NCBI GenBank assembly: GCA_964016885.1 | Contig: OZ024754.1 | Span: forward strand, 34,286,001 to 34,350,000 | DNA: 64,000 bases | Origin: Eledone cirrhosa | Lineage: Eukaryota | Direction: 5' to 3' | In this document: positions 61,588-64,000 of the stretch, in pieces | How positions within the stretch are numbered: position 1 is the first letter of the stretch | Layout of the letters: every line of letters begins with the position of its first letter | Program-made: the position numbers and the translations under genes | The notes under the pieces: generated by a model | Told to the model about the DNA's origin: nothing | Databases searched by the model: none | What the model saw: the letters and a program-made list of their open reading frames with translations, nothing else

Positions 61588-62579
61588 CTGAAATTGAAAG
61601 AGAAGTTACAAAACATAAAATATCACAAATATGTTAAAAGCAAATTACAGATGCAACATTTCTTCATAACTCTTACCAGTCCTCCTGGGACTGCTGCTGG
61701 TTCTATGGTGAAGAACAGTTTTTTTTTTAACCCTTTCATGACAGCATTTCTAATGAAATACACCCTGTTTTAAATAATTAATGAAGAATTTGGAGGGATT
61801 TACTAGAATTATTAATTATTTCATTACTAAGATAGTAACTTAATGTAAGGTTCTTATATAAAATTAGGTTGGAAGATTTTAATTGAAACTGGTGGTTTTA
61901 TTTTGTAGAACCAGTGCTGGTTTTGGTCGGGTTGGTAACTAAAGGGTTAAGATGTTTATATTTATATTTAAACCTTTCATTATAAATTTATGTTGGAACT
62001 TTTGATTAAACCTTTCATGGCCATAGTTCTTATGAAAGATGATGTATTTCAATTAATTCTAAAAAATTTGGAAGGATTTACCAAACATAGTAATAACCTG
62101 ATTAAGACCATATTTGTTAACAGAATAAAAGGTTCTTATATTAAATTATGTTGGAAGGTTTTAAGTAAAATAGGAACCCTTTAAAATAGGTAGCATTGTT
62201 TTGAAGAAACCTTTGGTAGGTTGGTATTAAAAGAGTTATGTTTCAAATACCAACTTAATAATAAGAGTGTTATATAACAAAATTCTTCCAAAATTCTTCA
62301 ATTAAAAGAATTAATTGAAAATCCTAGGCAGTGTCTTGCATTAGAAATATGGTAATGACATGGTTAAAGATACATAGCAATAGTTCATTTTTTACTTAAT
62401 TTTGTTGTTCTTGCCAATTATATTTCTCATTTAATTTAATGTTTTAATCATACATACAAACCAATAGTTAGGAATTCATTTTTGGTGGTAAAACATTTTT
62501 TTTTTACTATTATTGCCAAGTGACTGACTCAACTCAGCTGAACTGTATCCCTTAATTCCTAATACTAACTACAAAATCA

Positions 62580-62802
62580 TTAACCCTTATTTACATTACT
62601 CTATATTTACTATTATATTTTCACGAAAGGCTTTAGTTCACACAATTATCTCAAATAATATCGAATCTATGAGGTTTTGATATTATTTATTTTGAAAACA
62701 ACACCTTAACATAAGTATGAGTGGCCAGTTACAGCTGGTTTGAACAGAAAGAGGTGAGAGAATTCTGGCCAGATATGGCCAGTTTAAATGCTAAAGGGTT
62801 AA
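62580..62802. mobile_element. piggyBac-like MITE
   Basis: TTAA|CCCTT...TAAATGCTAAAGGG|TTAA. Confidence 0.75.
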
Positions 62803-63704
62803 ATGGTTTATAACACTAACTGCAATATCATTAAGTGGTTCATTTGGAAGAGTTCTGTATATTTGTTTTGGGTTCCTACATTCTAAATTCACATACCAGC
62901 TTGGTCCACTGTCTTTCATACTACAACAGTTGATACAGCAAGGTGAAGTCTTCTCCTCTCTTTGTCTAGCAATCACACCCTTGATGTTTGGCTGAATCAA
63001 GAGAAGGAGGGTCGAGAGAGAGAGAGAGAGAGAGTCTGTGTTTGTTCAAAGCTGCATGGAAGTCTAAAACCCTTAGTGAAAGTATGTTGTTGTTGTGTCT
63101 CTGCAGACATCATAGGTTTAGCTAGCACGTGGTTGCATCACATAGGAGAGTGTGTTGTTGTTGTTTTTTTGCATGTATGTGTATTTTAATTAGTTTTATT
63201 ATGCCTCAGAGTAAGTAATGAGTTGAAATAAACCGAGTGTTGAGATAAAAACATTTTAAAACATCTACAAGAAACTATGTGGTGATGGAAAAACAACTGA
63301 CATTGCTTTTCACCTCTCTAAGATCAATAATTTACCAGTAATACACTGAAGTTAAGTCAATCAACTATGTGGCACCTAGATATTTACCACCCTAGGCTAG
63401 CTCTATAATGTACAACCATTTCTCTCAGTTGTGCACTCCATTCTCCCAAATAAAACAATTTGCTAAGTTTTTAACACTTCTTGCTCTTACCAGACTAGAA
63501 AAATTACTAAGACTGCAATTTCTACTACATAGTCCACACCAAACCATGTGACAGGTCATAACCTTCTATATATGTATATGACCTTTTCCAATACTTTGGA
63601 TATTCCACAACAATGCCAAGCAGCATAGATATTTAGTGATTTATTGTAGGAAATTGTTATATATTTAATTTAATTATACAAATTTGTATAAAAATGTGAT
63701 CCTA

Positions 63705-63922
63705 TAACTCTTAACATCCTGTACCACATAAAACCACATTAACAAGACATTCTTCAAAATTACAAAACATTATCACATTAAAAATTATAATCTTTACTTC
63801 AATTAACTGCAACTTTTTGACAACAATCTGTCCACTAGCAAAATATACTACAAACATTTGAATCAACAAACTTTTTTTTTTGTATATTTTCAGCTAAATC
63901 CTGACAGGATGTTAAGAGTTAA
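63705..63922. mobile_element. MITE with TIR TAACTCTTAACATCCTGT
   Basis: taactcttaacatcctgt ... acaggatgttaagagtta. Confidence 0.75.
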
Positions 63923-64000
63923 GGTTCAGTAATGCATTTCTCTTAAGTCTACACCCTAGGTAGCCTTAAGGGTAGTGTATATCTAAACACCAGCAAACTG

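Noticed and set aside
62791-63000. Possible further RAB3GAP2 exon
   Set aside because: The peptide does not resemble the expected upstream RAB3GAP2 segment, and the ORF ends in a MITE terminus.

Overview
AT-rich, intron-rich animal genomic DNA with dense microsatellites and SINEs. The repeat landscape looks like a coleoid cephalopod (Octopus-like); this is an inference. Four spliced genes can be rebuilt by hand with consistent splice phases. EIF1AD is on + with 4 exons and 224 aa. A 12-exon FAM194-domain (C3orf20/ERICH6-like) gene is on - with about 748 aa and carries one U12-type intron. MRPL14 is on + with 150 aa, head-to-head with the FAM194 gene. The last five exons of RAB3GAP2 are on -. 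Introns hold three large minisatellites (60, 41 and 28 bp units, two apparently amplified from SINE tails), RTE LINE relics, tRNA-derived SINEs, a deleted DD37D/maT transposon, MITEs and a solo LTR. The most unusual signals are RNA-structural: (i) a three-copy family of palindromes whose arms read as the GAAA/stem III/NUC half of a hammerhead ribozyme without the CUGANGA half, (ii) a minimal type I hammerhead, (iii) a decayed HDV-like fold heading a short retroposon, and (iv) several long (TA)n-associated foldbacks. The long repetitive ORFs in the ORF track are repeat artefacts. All calls are by eye; no searches or folding programs were run.
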